From assembly GCA_049512315.1 (NCBI GenBank), contig JBEKXF010000015.1:57401-77400 (forward strand): a stretch of 20,000 nucleotides of DNA, in the 5' to 3' direction. The position numbers were made by a program, and so were the translations under genes. The stretch comes from Candidatus Aminicenantales bacterium (GTDB lineage: Bacteria > Acidobacteriota > Aminicenantia > Aminicenantales > Saccharicenantaceae). The notes beneath the pieces were generated by a model. That model was not told the origin of the DNA. It ran no database searches and saw only the letters and a list, made by a program, of their open reading frames with translations. Below are positions 9,921-17,906 of this stretch, piece after piece; position 1 is the stretch's first letter; the number at the start of each line of letters is the position of its first letter.

Positions 9921-10874
9921 TTACTCCTTTCTCGCTTTGTTGGCTTGTTCCGCAACCCAAGGATAGGTCAGCGCGATGCCGTCTTTCAGGAAATACTTGG
10001 GTTTCCAGCCGAGCGAGTAGATCTTGGCATTGCTGAAGTTGCGGGATTGGACACCGACAGGCCCCTTGATCCATTTTATGAGCACATTTTTACCGGCCAC
10101 CTTGGCAACTGTGTCGATCAATTCTTTGACCGAAACGTATTCGGGACATCCTATATTTGTAGGAACATTGAGGTCCGAGTGCATGAGGAGATAGATACCT
10201 TCCAGCATATCGTCGATATAAGTGTAAGAACGGATCGCCGATCCGTCTCCCCAGGCTTCGATAGTCCCACCGTCTTTCGCTTCAGCGACCTTTCGGGAGA
10301 TCGCGGCTGGCGCCTTTTCGCGCCCGCCTCTCCAGGTGCCTTCCGGGCCGTAGCAATTCTGGAAGCGGGCGATTCTGACCTGCATGCCGTAGCGGCGCCC
10401 ATAGGCAAGGGCCATCCTCTCGGAATAGAGCTTTTCCCAACCGTATTCGTTGTCGGGGAGGGCGGGATAGGCTTCTTCCTCGGTCATCTCCGGTTCGCCG
10501 GGCTTCATATCGCGGTAAATGCAAACGGAAGAGGAAAAGAAATACCGGGGGATTTTTGCCTCAGCGGCCGCATGGGTCATATTGATATTGATGAGGACGC
10601 TGTTGCGCATGATCTCGGTCTCCGCCGAATGGATGAAGCCCATCCCCCCCATATCGGCGGCCAGCTGGTAAACTTCATCAAGAGGACCGGACACAGCTTT
10701 CTCCGCGTTGGGCCTCTCGCGGAGGTCCAGGAGCATGAATTCATCCGCGGCTGTGGCCGAGAATTCCGGGTTTTTTATATCAACGCCTCGAACCCAATAG
10801 CCTTCCTTTTTCAATTTCTTGACGAGATGGCTGCCAATGAAACCGCCGGCCCCGCAAACCAAAGCTCTTTTCAT
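9921..10874 (-). CDS. GDP-mannose 3',5'-epimerase-like SDR
   Basis: [25 protein letters not shown] (catalytic-type Cys), YGWEK and [13 protein letters not shown] (catalytic-type Lys) match the GME family; AAGGAG RBS before ATG 10874. Confidence 0.85.
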   Translation of the reverse strand: MKRALVCGAGGFIGSHLVKKLKKEGYWVRGVDIKNPEFSATAADEFMLLDLRERPNAEKAVSGPLDEVYQLAADMGGMGFIHSAETEIMRNSVLININMTHAAAEAKIPRYFFSSSVCIYRDMKPGEPEMTEEEAYPALPDNEYGWEKLYSERMALAYGRRYGMQVRIARFQNCYGPEGTWRGGREKAPAAISRKVAEAKDGGTIEAWGDGSAIRSYTYIDDMLEGIYLLMHSDLNVPTNIGCPEYVSVKELIDTVAKVAGKNVLIKWIKGPVGVQSRNFSNAKIYSLGWKPKYFLKDGIALTYPWVAEQANKARKE

Positions 10875-10929
10875 CGAACGCTCCTTCTTATGTGTTTCCA
10901 TAAGCTATGATTTCTGGTCGTTAGCACGG

Positions 10930-11610
10930 TCATCTAATCAATGCGGACACGGTTTTCCTCGGTCTGCCCCGAGGCAAGGCCGCCAAACGCCGCCCTACGA
11001 TCCCCTCGAGCCCGCGGACGAAGCTCTCCTCCCCGGCCGGCCGGCCCGTCTTCAGGCTCTGCCAGGTGCGAACCAAGACGGGCTCGTCTCCCCTTGCCGT
11101 GAGGTAGGCCCGCCAATCCTTGACCTCGCCGTTCAGGAAACAGCCATCCATGATAACCGGATCTGACTCGCCCAGGACATGGTGCCTGGCGCTCGACCAG
11201 GGATAATCCTCGGCTTTCTCGACGACTCCCTCCCGGACAGGATCGTTCTCGATGAAGCGAACCTCCTCGAAGACGCTCCGGTCGTCCAGCATGCAGGAGA
11301 GGAACCTCCCCTTCCAGAGGTGGCCGGTCACTCCTTTTTTGGCGTGGAAGTACTGGGCATATCTCATGTGGAGGGAATTGAATGTGCGGGCGAGGGCCCC
11401 GTCGGCCTTGGGAACACAGATGAAATGGACATGGTTCCGCATCAGGCAGTAGGCCCAAACCTCGACGTGATAGCGGTTCGCGCATTCCCGGAGCCAGGCG
11501 AGGTAGCGGCGGAAGTCGGCCTCTTCCTCGAACACCGTCTGCTCGTAGTTCCCCCGCTGGGTAACCTGGTGCGGGTAACCGATAATGGTGGAGCGGGCTA
11601 AACGAGCCAT
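10930..11610 (-). CDS. REP-associated tyrosine transposase (RAYT, Y1_Tnp) homologue lacking the catalytic Tyr
   Basis: VTQRGN, AYCLMRNHVH (HUH, H60/H62), GHLWKGRF, YPWSSA and C-terminal PRGRPRK. The YIxxNP motif reads F119-IENDP. Confidence 0.9.
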   Translation of the reverse strand: MARLARSTIIGYPHQVTQRGNYEQTVFEEEADFRRYLAWLRECANRYHVEVWAYCLMRNHVHFICVPKADGALARTFNSLHMRYAQYFHAKKGVTGHLWKGRFLSCMLDDRSVFEEVRFIENDPVREGVVEKAEDYPWSSARHHVLGESDPVIMDGCFLNGEVKDWRAYLTARGDEPVLVRTWQSLKTGRPAGEESFVRGLEGIVGRRLAALPRGRPRKTVSALIR

Positions 11611-11619
11611 ATTAATTCA

Positions 11620-11674
11620 CGAAATCTGGTGACACGCACCGGTTCAAGAGAAACGGAGCATGTCACCGATTTCG
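11620..11674. repeat. Long imperfect palindrome (REP-like) immediately upstream of the RAYT start
   Basis: Left arm CGAAATCtGGTGACAcGCaCCGgTTC pairs with right arm GAAaCGGaGCaTGTCACCGATTTCG around a 4-nt loop. Confidence 0.75.
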
Positions 11675-11694
11675 AGGCGGGCCATTTTTTTTAG

Positions 11695-11703
11695 GCTACC
11701 GCC
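11695..11703 (-). promoter_or_regulatory. ops-like element GGCGGTAGC
   Basis: Minus strand reads GGCGGTAGCCTA versus the ops consensus GGCGGTAGnnTG. It is in the sense orientation in the leader of a polysaccharide operon, at the 3' foot of a hairpin. Confidence 0.4.
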
Positions 11704-11857
11704 GTTGGCGCCGGACGGGGCGCCAAGGCGGCGAGGCAAGGCCGGCAAACATACTTTTTTTCGGGCGCGGCTGCGTTAGAGCCGCCGCCCACCGGCACCG
11801 AAGCTCAAATGGGGCGAGGCCGGGGATTCGTCCTTTCCCGTGGGAAAGGTGCTACGA

Positions 11858-11887
11858 ATTCTATTTAAAATGGGAAGGAAATGTCAA
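11858..11887 (-). promoter_or_regulatory. sigma70-like promoter for the RAYT-gme-gmd-rmd operon
   Basis: TTGACA-18 nt-TAGAAT in an AT-rich patch. Confidence 0.7.
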
Positions 11888-11937
11888 GGAAAAAATAGGG
11901 ACAGCGGGCATTTATCGAAGGGATAACATCGCCCTCC

Positions 11938-11966
11938 TTGACTTGCCGGAGACCCTCTGCTAAAGT
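11938..11966 (+). promoter_or_regulatory. sigma70-like promoter for fkp (divergent)
   Basis: TTGACT-17 nt-TAAAGT with an extended -10 TG, about 40 nt before the GTG start. Confidence 0.65.
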
Positions 11967-12004
11967 CGGGCTCTCCCGGCAGAAGAAAAGAACAAGCGAA
12001 AACC

Positions 12005-15000
12005 GTGTCGGCGCCCAAGAAGAGCCCTCTTTTCCCTGAATGGGATTATCTGATCATCACCGCCTCTAATGATAAGCAGGCCGGGGTCTACCGGAGCCTG
12101 ATCGATCTCAGGCAATCCCTTGGCCTGATCAGCGGCGTCAAGAAGGTTCTCGTCGTGGCCGATCCGGGCGGCCGCCGTGTCGGTTCCGGAGGCAGCACGG
12201 TCCATTGCCTGCTCCAGATCCTCAACCTCGAGCTGAGAAGCCGGCGGGAGCTCAGGACACACCTCGACCCTAAGACCTGGGCGGAGACCCTCAACCGCCT
12301 CCGGGTCCTTATCGTCCACGCCGGAGGCGACTCCAGACGTTTGCCACCTTATGCTCCGTGCGGCAAGATCTTCATCCCGGTCCCGGGCGAATCGGGCGGC
12401 GCGCCCGGCACAACGCTTTTCGACCGCCTGATCCCGACCTATCTCGAATTGCCCAAGCCCGCTTCAGGCGGCGGGCAGGTCGTGGTCACCTCCGGAGATG
12501 TGCTCCTGGACTTCGACGCCGAGGATGTCGTGTTCGCGCAAAATGGGGTTACCGGCGTCGGAGCTCTTGTCAGCCCGGACGTTGCCAAAAACCATGGCGT
12601 TTATTGCCGGCACGAGGACGGCAGCGTTCGCCTGTTCCTTCAGAAACCTCCGGTCGCGAAGCAGGTGGAGATGGGCGCGGTCGATTCGCACGGCCAGGCG
12701 GTTCTCGACATCGGGATCCTGAATCTTGCCCCATCGGCGGCCGTTCGGCTCCTCAAGCTCTGCGGTGTCGGCGGGGGCAAGAAAAGCAGGCGCAAGCTTA
12801 TCTGGGGAGGGCCGCTAACTGAGTCGATCGAGGCAGCGGGCCTGGATATCTACCGTGAGATCTGCTGTGCTTTGGGCAAGGACACATCCTATGCCGGCTA
12901 TATAGACGAAGTCAGAGGGGCCGGATCGGGAGTCGATGGCGCGGCGCTCCGATCCCTCTATCGCGGATTGAGGTCCATCCCGTTTCACGTCCACGTTGTG
13001 CCGCGTTTCCGCTTTCTCCATTTCGGCACGCTTCAGGACCTGATCGAGAGCGGCAGGAGCCTCATGAGCTCCGACATGGGCGACTCGGAAAAGGGAACGA
13101 GCGTTGTCGTCAATTCCCGGGTCAGCGGCCAGGGAATCATCCTTGGGAAGAATGCCTGGGTCGAGGGCTGCCGGGTCAACGCGCCCTTGACGCTCGCCGG
13201 AGATAACGTCGTCGCGGGCGCCGATGTCGCGGCCCCTCTCACCCTCCCGCGAGGGGGATGCCTGGACATCATCGAGGGACGGGGCAGAGACGGGCGCAGG
13301 GGCTGGTTCGTCCGCGCCTACGCGAGCGATGACGCGTTCCATCTGGCCGCCGATAAAGGGGCGCGCCTGTGCGGAATGCCCGTCCGGTCCTGGCTCGGAG
13401 CGATGGGCGCGAGTCCGGCCGACGTCTGGGACGAGAAGCGGACGGCTGCGGAGAGAACGGTCTGGAACGGCCGATTTTTCCCGTTTGCCGCGAAGATGGA
13501 CGAATGCCGAGACTGGCTTTGGCTGCTTGAGCCCGGGAATGCGGCGGCACGCCAAAAAGAGGATTGGCTCGCCGCCGAAAGGTACAGCCTCGAGGAAATG
13601 GCCCTCCGCGCCGACCTGGACTCTTTCCACTCCAGGAGGCTGAAGATCCGCGGCGAGCTGATACGGGAAACGCTGTCCCGAGTTTTTGGCCCGGAGGGCG
13701 TGCTGTCCGCCGCCGAGATCTCCTTCCTGGCCCAAAATCCGGAAAAGGGCGAGCGGGGCCAGTGGGTCATCGCGATCGTCCGGGAAGCGGTCAGGAGCTA
13801 TGAAGCGGCGCAGAGGCATCAGGGGCTGGATTCCCTCGAGCTCTCGCGGATCCTGCATACGCTTGGCTCGCTTCTACTGCAGATCGCGAACGGCGGCGAT
13901 AGGGGTAAGTATAAAAATGGCCGGGACATCATCGGAGCGCTGAGAGCGGGCCTGACGACCGCGGAAAAAAGATGCCTCGGCTCGCTGGGCTTGTCCGTCG
14001 AAGGGGCCGTAAAGCTCAAATCCTGGGCGGGAGAGATGAAAGAGGCGGCGTTCCGGCATCTGAGCCGGACCATTGTCTATCGAAGCGGCGGGATCCCCGC
14101 GTCTCCGAAGAACGTCCTGCGGAGCGATGAGATCGTCTGGGGCAGGTCCCCGGCAAGACTCGACCTCGGCGGGGGCTGGACCGATACTCCCCCCTATTCC
14201 CTCGAGCGGGGCGGGTGTGTCATCAACGCGGCCGTGGACCTCAACGGCCAGGCTCCCATCCAGGCCTATGCCCGGGTCATCGAAAAGCGCGAGATCCGGA
14301 TCAACTCCATCGATCACAGCACGCGGGTGGTCATCAAGACCCTAGAGGAACTCCTGGATTACCGGAAGCCGGGGAGCCAGTTTGCCCTGGCCAAGGCCGC
14401 GCTGGCGCTGGCCGGATTCGCGCCGGAAGCGGCGGCGTGGCCGGCCGGGGTACGGACGCTCGACGGCATGCTCCGCTATTTCGGGGGCGGGATCGAGCTC
14501 ACGACGCTGGCGGCGATCCCGAGCGGAAGCGGGCTCGGGACATCGAGCATCATGGGGGCCGTCCTCGTGTCCATCATCGGCAGGGTCATCGGGCGCCCGC
14601 TGGCGGCGCGCGAGCTTTTCCATGCCGTTTTGAAGCTCGAACAGGAGCTGACGACCGGCGGCGGCTGGCAGGACCAGATCGGCGGGGTGATCGAGGGCGT
14701 GAAGGTGATCACCGCGGATAAGGGCCTTGTGCCGGACCCGCGGATCCACTTTGTCCCAGCGGACCTGCTCGACCCGGCGGCGAACGGCGGCCGGACTCTC
14801 TTGTACTATACGGGGCTGCGGCGGCTGGCCAAGGATATCCTGCACGAGGTCGTCGGGCGGTACCTGGACAGGGACAGGGCCGCGATGGAGACCTTGCGAA
14901 AGCTCCATGCGTTTCCGCCGCTGATGGCGGAGGCCATGGGGACGAGGGACTTGGAGAGGTTCGGCGAGCTCATCGATTTCGCCTGGAAGCTGAACGTGGA

Positions 15001-15238
15001 CCTCGACCCGGACCATACGACCCCGGTTATCGAGGAGCTTCGGGCCCGGATCAGGCCGCATGTCATCGGCGCCAAGCTCTTGGGCGCAGGCGGCGGCGGT
15101 TTCCTGCTCATGGTGTGCAAGTCTCCCGAGGACGCCGCCGCGGTGAAGCGGATGCTGGAGAAAAAGCCGCCCAACGACAAGGCGCGTTTCTTCGATTACT
15201 CCATCAGCCGTGTCGGCCTCATCGTCACGGTTTGTTAA
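12005..15238 (+). CDS. fkp: Bifunctional L-fucokinase / L-fucose-1-phosphate guanylyltransferase
   Basis: N-terminal DPGGRRVGSGGST, HAGGDSRRLP..APCGK, FLQKP and FLHFGT; C-terminal GHMP kinase motifs PARLDLGGGWTDTPPY, IPSGSGLGTSS, TTGGGWQDQ and KLLGAGGGG. Confidence 0.9.
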   Translation: MSAPKKSPLFPEWDYLIITASNDKQAGVYRSLIDLRQSLGLISGVKKVLVVADPGGRRVGSGGSTVHCLLQILNLELRSRRELRTHLDPKTWAETLNRLRVLIVHAGGDSRRLPPYAPCGKIFIPVPGESGGAPGTTLFDRLIPTYLELPKPASGGGQVVVTSGDVLLDFDAEDVVFAQNGVTGVGALVSPDVAKNHGVYCRHEDGSVRLFLQKPPVAKQVEMGAVDSHGQAVLDIGILNLAPSAAVRLLKLCGVGGGKKSRRKLIWGGPLTESIEAAGLDIYREICCALGKDTSYAGYIDEVRGAGSGVDGAALRSLYRGLRSIPFHVHVVPRFRFLHFGTLQDLIESGRSLMSSDMGDSEKGTSVVVNSRVSGQGIILGKNAWVEGCRVNAPLTLAGDNVVAGADVAAPLTLPRGGCLDIIEGRGRDGRRGWFVRAYASDDAFHLAADKGARLCGMPVRSWLGAMGASPADVWDEKRTAAERTVWNGRFFPFAAKMDECRDWLWLLEPGNAAARQKEDWLAAERYSLEEMALRADLDSFHSRRLKIRGELIRETLSRVFGPEGVLSAAEISFLAQNPEKGERGQWVIAIVREAVRSYEAAQRHQGLDSLELSRILHTLGSLLLQIANGGDRGKYKNGRDIIGALRAGLTTAEKRCLGSLGLSVEGAVKLKSWAGEMKEAAFRHLSRTIVYRSGGIPASPKNVLRSDEIVWGRSPARLDLGGGWTDTPPYSLERGGCVINAAVDLNGQAPIQAYARVIEKREIRINSIDHSTRVVIKTLEELLDYRKPGSQFALAKAALALAGFAPEAAAWPAGVRTLDGMLRYFGGGIELTTLAAIPSGSGLGTSSIMGAVLVSIIGRVIGRPLAARELFHAVLKLEQELTTGGGWQDQIGGVIEGVKVITADKGLVPDPRIHFVPADLLDPAANGGRTLLYYTGLRRLAKDILHEVVGRYLDRDRAAMETLRKLHAFPPLMAEAMGTRDLERFGELIDFAWKLNVDLDPDHTTPVIEELRARIRPHVIGAKLLGAGGGGFLLMVCKSPEDAAAVKRMLEKKPPNDKARFFDYSISRVGLIVTVC

Positions 15239-15271
15239 TAAAGGATTCCGCCAGGAAGGCCATCCCCTTAA

Positions 15272-15520
15272 TCATACCTTTTTGTAAACGTCTCCGCGTG
15301 TGTCAATGATAAGGATCCGGATGACGTCAGCTTCCACTCGATAAACTGCCCTGAATTTGCCGATCCGAAGCCGATAGAGATCCCGGGTCTTTTCTCCTTT
15401 GAGCTTCTTGACGTCACCCTCTGCCGGGAGCTTTTCTATCTGTTGGACGATCTTGCGGGCCGCTTCCCGGTCGAGCTTCTGGAGGTATTTAAGACATTTG
15501 CGGCCATAGAGGAAATTCAT
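15272..15520 (-). CDS. Type II toxin, RelE/ParE family
   Basis: 82 aa and basic, with DVKKLKG, YRLRIGKFRAVY and TRGDVYK; its start overlaps the upstream gene's stop by 4 nt. Confidence 0.9.
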   Translation of the reverse strand: MNFLYGRKCLKYLQKLDREAARKIVQQIEKLPAEGDVKKLKGEKTRDLYRLRIGKFRAVYRVEADVIRILIIDTRGDVYKKV

Positions 15521-15759
15521 AAGCCCAGGGACTTCTTCAGTTCTTCAGAGGTCAGGAATTCGTCGGAGGCGAGGATGTCGAGGATCTCTTTTTCGTCTTT
15601 GGCTGAGAGGATCAGCTCCTCACGTTTGCCCATCCTCTTTTTGATCCACTCGTCGAGAGAGTTTCGGATGATCTCCGAAAGGCTCGCGTTCCGCAGAAAG
15701 GCCACGGCTTTTGCTTTCCTGTATAAGTCCTCATTAATAATGACGTTGATCCTTCTCAT
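15517..15759 (-). CDS. Antitoxin with a ribbon-helix-helix (CopG-like) N-terminus
   Basis: MRRINVII beta-ribbon, SLSEIIRNSLDEW helix and an acidic C-terminus; coupled to the toxin; GAGGT RBS. Confidence 0.8.
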   Translation of the reverse strand: MRRINVIINEDLYRKAKAVAFLRNASLSEIIRNSLDEWIKKRMGKREELILSAKDEKEILDILASDEFLTSEELKKSLGL

Positions 15760-15777
15760 GGTATGGATACCTCATTG

Positions 15778-15808
15778 TGTATATACATCATTATGTATCA
15801 ATTGTCAA
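15778..15808 (-). promoter_or_regulatory. TA promoter with overlapping operator palindromes
   Basis: TTGACA-17 nt-TATATA; palindrome TGTATATACA (15778-15787) and inverted repeat ATACAT-catt-ATGTAT (15783-15798). Confidence 0.65.
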
Positions 15809-15908
15809 GGTTCTTATCACATATTCTTTTCATAATCTTTGCACTTTCTTGACAACTTATGCCTGCGGCCCGGTTATATTATCGCTGGTTGATGAGAGGA
15901 GGCCGCCG

Positions 15909-16490
15909 ATGCCAATCCAGGCCATGAAAGGTGGGGCGAGGATATCGTGGACTCGGGCCGCTCGGATCCTCAGGGCAACCCTGGCTACAGGGCTCGTCAT
16001 TCTGATGGCCGGCGCGCCCGGGCTCCTCCGGGGGGCCGATCGATGGAGAGGGGCGGATGTCACCGTCAGAACGATTTCCGGGGAAATCACCAAAGGGGAA
16101 TTGATCGGCGTCAGGGAGGACGCCGTCGTCGTTCTAGCCGGCCTCTCCGAGAAGACGCTGATGGTGGCCGAGATCGAAAGCGTCCGGATCGCCAGGAAAT
16201 CGCCGACCTTCGTGTGCGTCGTCCTCGGGGGCTTTGTGGGAGGCATAGCCGCCGGCCTCATTGCGCGTCGTCCGTCGACAACGGACGACCTTGGCACTGG
16301 CCTTAAGAGGTTCTTCGGGTACCCTCTCTGGCTCAGCGTGGGATTGGTTGCCGGGGCGTTGTCGGGCATCGGCATCGCCCAGGCCATCGGGAAGGACAAA
16401 GTGATCGTGTTCAAGGACAGGCCGGCGGCCGAGGTCGAAGCCGGCCTTAAGGCGCTCCGGAATGAGGCCCGCATCCCGAAGTACAAATAG
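15909..16490 (+). CDS. Hypothetical exported/membrane protein (signal-like N-terminus, small beta-rich domain, two Gly-rich TM helices)
   Basis: Strong RBS GAGAGGAGG before ATG 15909, in frame with the 15777 ORF; GC-rich third positions; hydrophobic segments VVLGGFVGGIAAGLIA and VGLVAGALSGIGIA. Confidence 0.7.
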   Translation: MPIQAMKGGARISWTRAARILRATLATGLVILMAGAPGLLRGADRWRGADVTVRTISGEITKGELIGVREDAVVVLAGLSEKTLMVAEIESVRIARKSPTFVCVVLGGFVGGIAAGLIARRPSTTDDLGTGLKRFFGYPLWLSVGLVAGALSGIGIAQAIGKDKVIVFKDRPAAEVEAGLKALRNEARIPKYK

Positions 16491-16580
16491 GCGGCGGGCC
16501 GCGCGCCGGGCAGTCATCCCATTGACTGGGACCTGGACCGGCGCTATCTTTGGGCCGGCCAGCGGCAAGAGGGAGAGGGG

Positions 16581-17888
16581 ATGACTTCTTTCACGCTGGA
16601 ACTGATCCTTCCCACCTGGAAAGGGAACAAATGGCAGAAGGGCCTCAGAATGCCCCAGCTGACCCTGCCCGTCCTGGCGGCTCTCACGCCCCCCGACGTC
16701 GAGGTCATCGTCACCGAGGAGGAAATCGAGGAGGTCGTCTATAAAAGCCGCGTCGGACTGGTGGGGATCAGCTATGTGACCCCCCTTGCGGCGAGGGCCT
16801 ACGAGATCGCGGACGAATACAGAAGGCGTGGGGCCAAGGTCGTTTTGGGAGGCATTCACGCCACGGCCCTGCCGGAAGAAGCCATCCAACACGCCGACGC
16901 GGTCGTCATCGGCGAGGCGGAAAATGTGTGGGCCTCCCTGATCGAGGATTTCCGGGCCCACCGCCTGAAGGAGTTTTACCGGTCCGAGAGCTACCCCGAT
17001 TTACGCGGCCTGCCGGTCCCGAGACGGGACCTCCTGAAGCAGGGCATGACCTTTTCCCCGTATTCCATCCAGACGACACGGGGCTGCCCGTTCGGGTGTC
17101 AGTTCTGTTCGGTTTCCAGGTTCTTCGGCGGGACTTTCCGCTGCCGGCCGGTCGAGGACGTCGTCCGCGAGATCGAAGGCGCGGACAAAAAGATTTGGCT
17201 CTTCATCGACGATAACATCATCGGCAACCAGCCGTACGCCAGGAAACTGTTTCAAGAACTCATCCCGCTGGGGATCAAGTGGGCGGGCCAGAGCACGGTG
17301 CTCATGGCGAAAAACGACGAGCTCCTGAAACTGGCGGCCAAGAGCGGCTGCCTGGGACTGTTCATCGGCTTTGAGTCGCTCAACGAGTCGAACTTGCGCG
17401 AGGCGGGCAAAGGGATCAACAAGGTCAAGGAGTACGGGGAATGCATCAAGAAACTCCACGACTACGGCATCCTTATCCTCGCTTCCTTCATCTTCGGCTT
17501 CGATCATGACGACAAAAGCGTTTTCGAAAGAACGGTGGACTTCCTGATCAGAAGCAAGGTTGTCGCGGCCAGCCTGCCTGTGCTTGTTCCCTATCCGGGG
17601 ACCAAGGTCTATCAGCAGATGGAGGAGGAGGGGAGGATCCTGACCAGGGACTGGTCCAGATACGATTATGGCAACGCGGTGTTCAGGCCGAAACTGATGG
17701 AGCCCGGGGAGCTTGAGGAGGGGGCCAGGTGGGCGGCCTGCCGATTCTATTCACGCTCGTCCATCATCTCCCGTGCGGCTTACAATTGGCGCCATCCGCT
17801 CGTCTTCTCGGTGATGAACGCGAGCTACCGGGCCAAGAACCAGGATGCCTTGAAGATGAGAAAGATTGGTAGCGCGCCGCTGATTTAG
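16581..17888 (+). CDS. Cobalamin-binding-domain radical SAM protein
   Basis: VVLGGIHAT and VVIGEAE (B12-binding domain); TRGCPFGCQFC (CxxxCxxC); FIDDN, IGFES and PYPGT motifs. Confidence 0.92.
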   Translation: MTSFTLELILPTWKGNKWQKGLRMPQLTLPVLAALTPPDVEVIVTEEEIEEVVYKSRVGLVGISYVTPLAARAYEIADEYRRRGAKVVLGGIHATALPEEAIQHADAVVIGEAENVWASLIEDFRAHRLKEFYRSESYPDLRGLPVPRRDLLKQGMTFSPYSIQTTRGCPFGCQFCSVSRFFGGTFRCRPVEDVVREIEGADKKIWLFIDDNIIGNQPYARKLFQELIPLGIKWAGQSTVLMAKNDELLKLAAKSGCLGLFIGFESLNESNLREAGKGINKVKEYGECIKKLHDYGILILASFIFGFDHDDKSVFERTVDFLIRSKVVAASLPVLVPYPGTKVYQQMEEEGRILTRDWSRYDYGNAVFRPKLMEPGELEEGARWAACRFYSRSSIISRAAYNWRHPLVFSVMNASYRAKNQDALKMRKIGSAPLI

Positions 17889-17906
17889 TAGCGTAGCACC
17901 GAATTT

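Noticed and set aside
9068..10910. Long plus-strand ORFs of 243 and 343 aa
   Set aside because: Antisense shadows of gmd and the epimerase, with no recognisable motifs.
7235..11610. Diversity-generating retroelement-like template/variable repeat pair
   Set aside because: Differences between the remnants and the intact genes are not adenine-specific, include indels, and no reverse transcriptase is present.
10930..11674. Active IS200/IS605 element or REP array (BIME/REPIN)
   Set aside because: No tnpB, no right-end hairpin found, only one palindrome, and the catalytic Tyr is absent.
11685..11790. Intrinsic terminators in the leader
   Set aside because: T-runs precede the hairpins on the plus strand and A-runs follow them on the minus strand, which is the wrong geometry in both directions.
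12088..15180. Numerous overlapping ORFs within fkp (for example 12815-13858 and 14342-15061)
   Set aside because: Expected alternative-frame and antisense ORFs in GC-rich coding DNA.
15849..15880. TTGACA...TATATT promoter for the 15909 gene
   Set aside because: The spacer is 20 nt, too long for a confident call.
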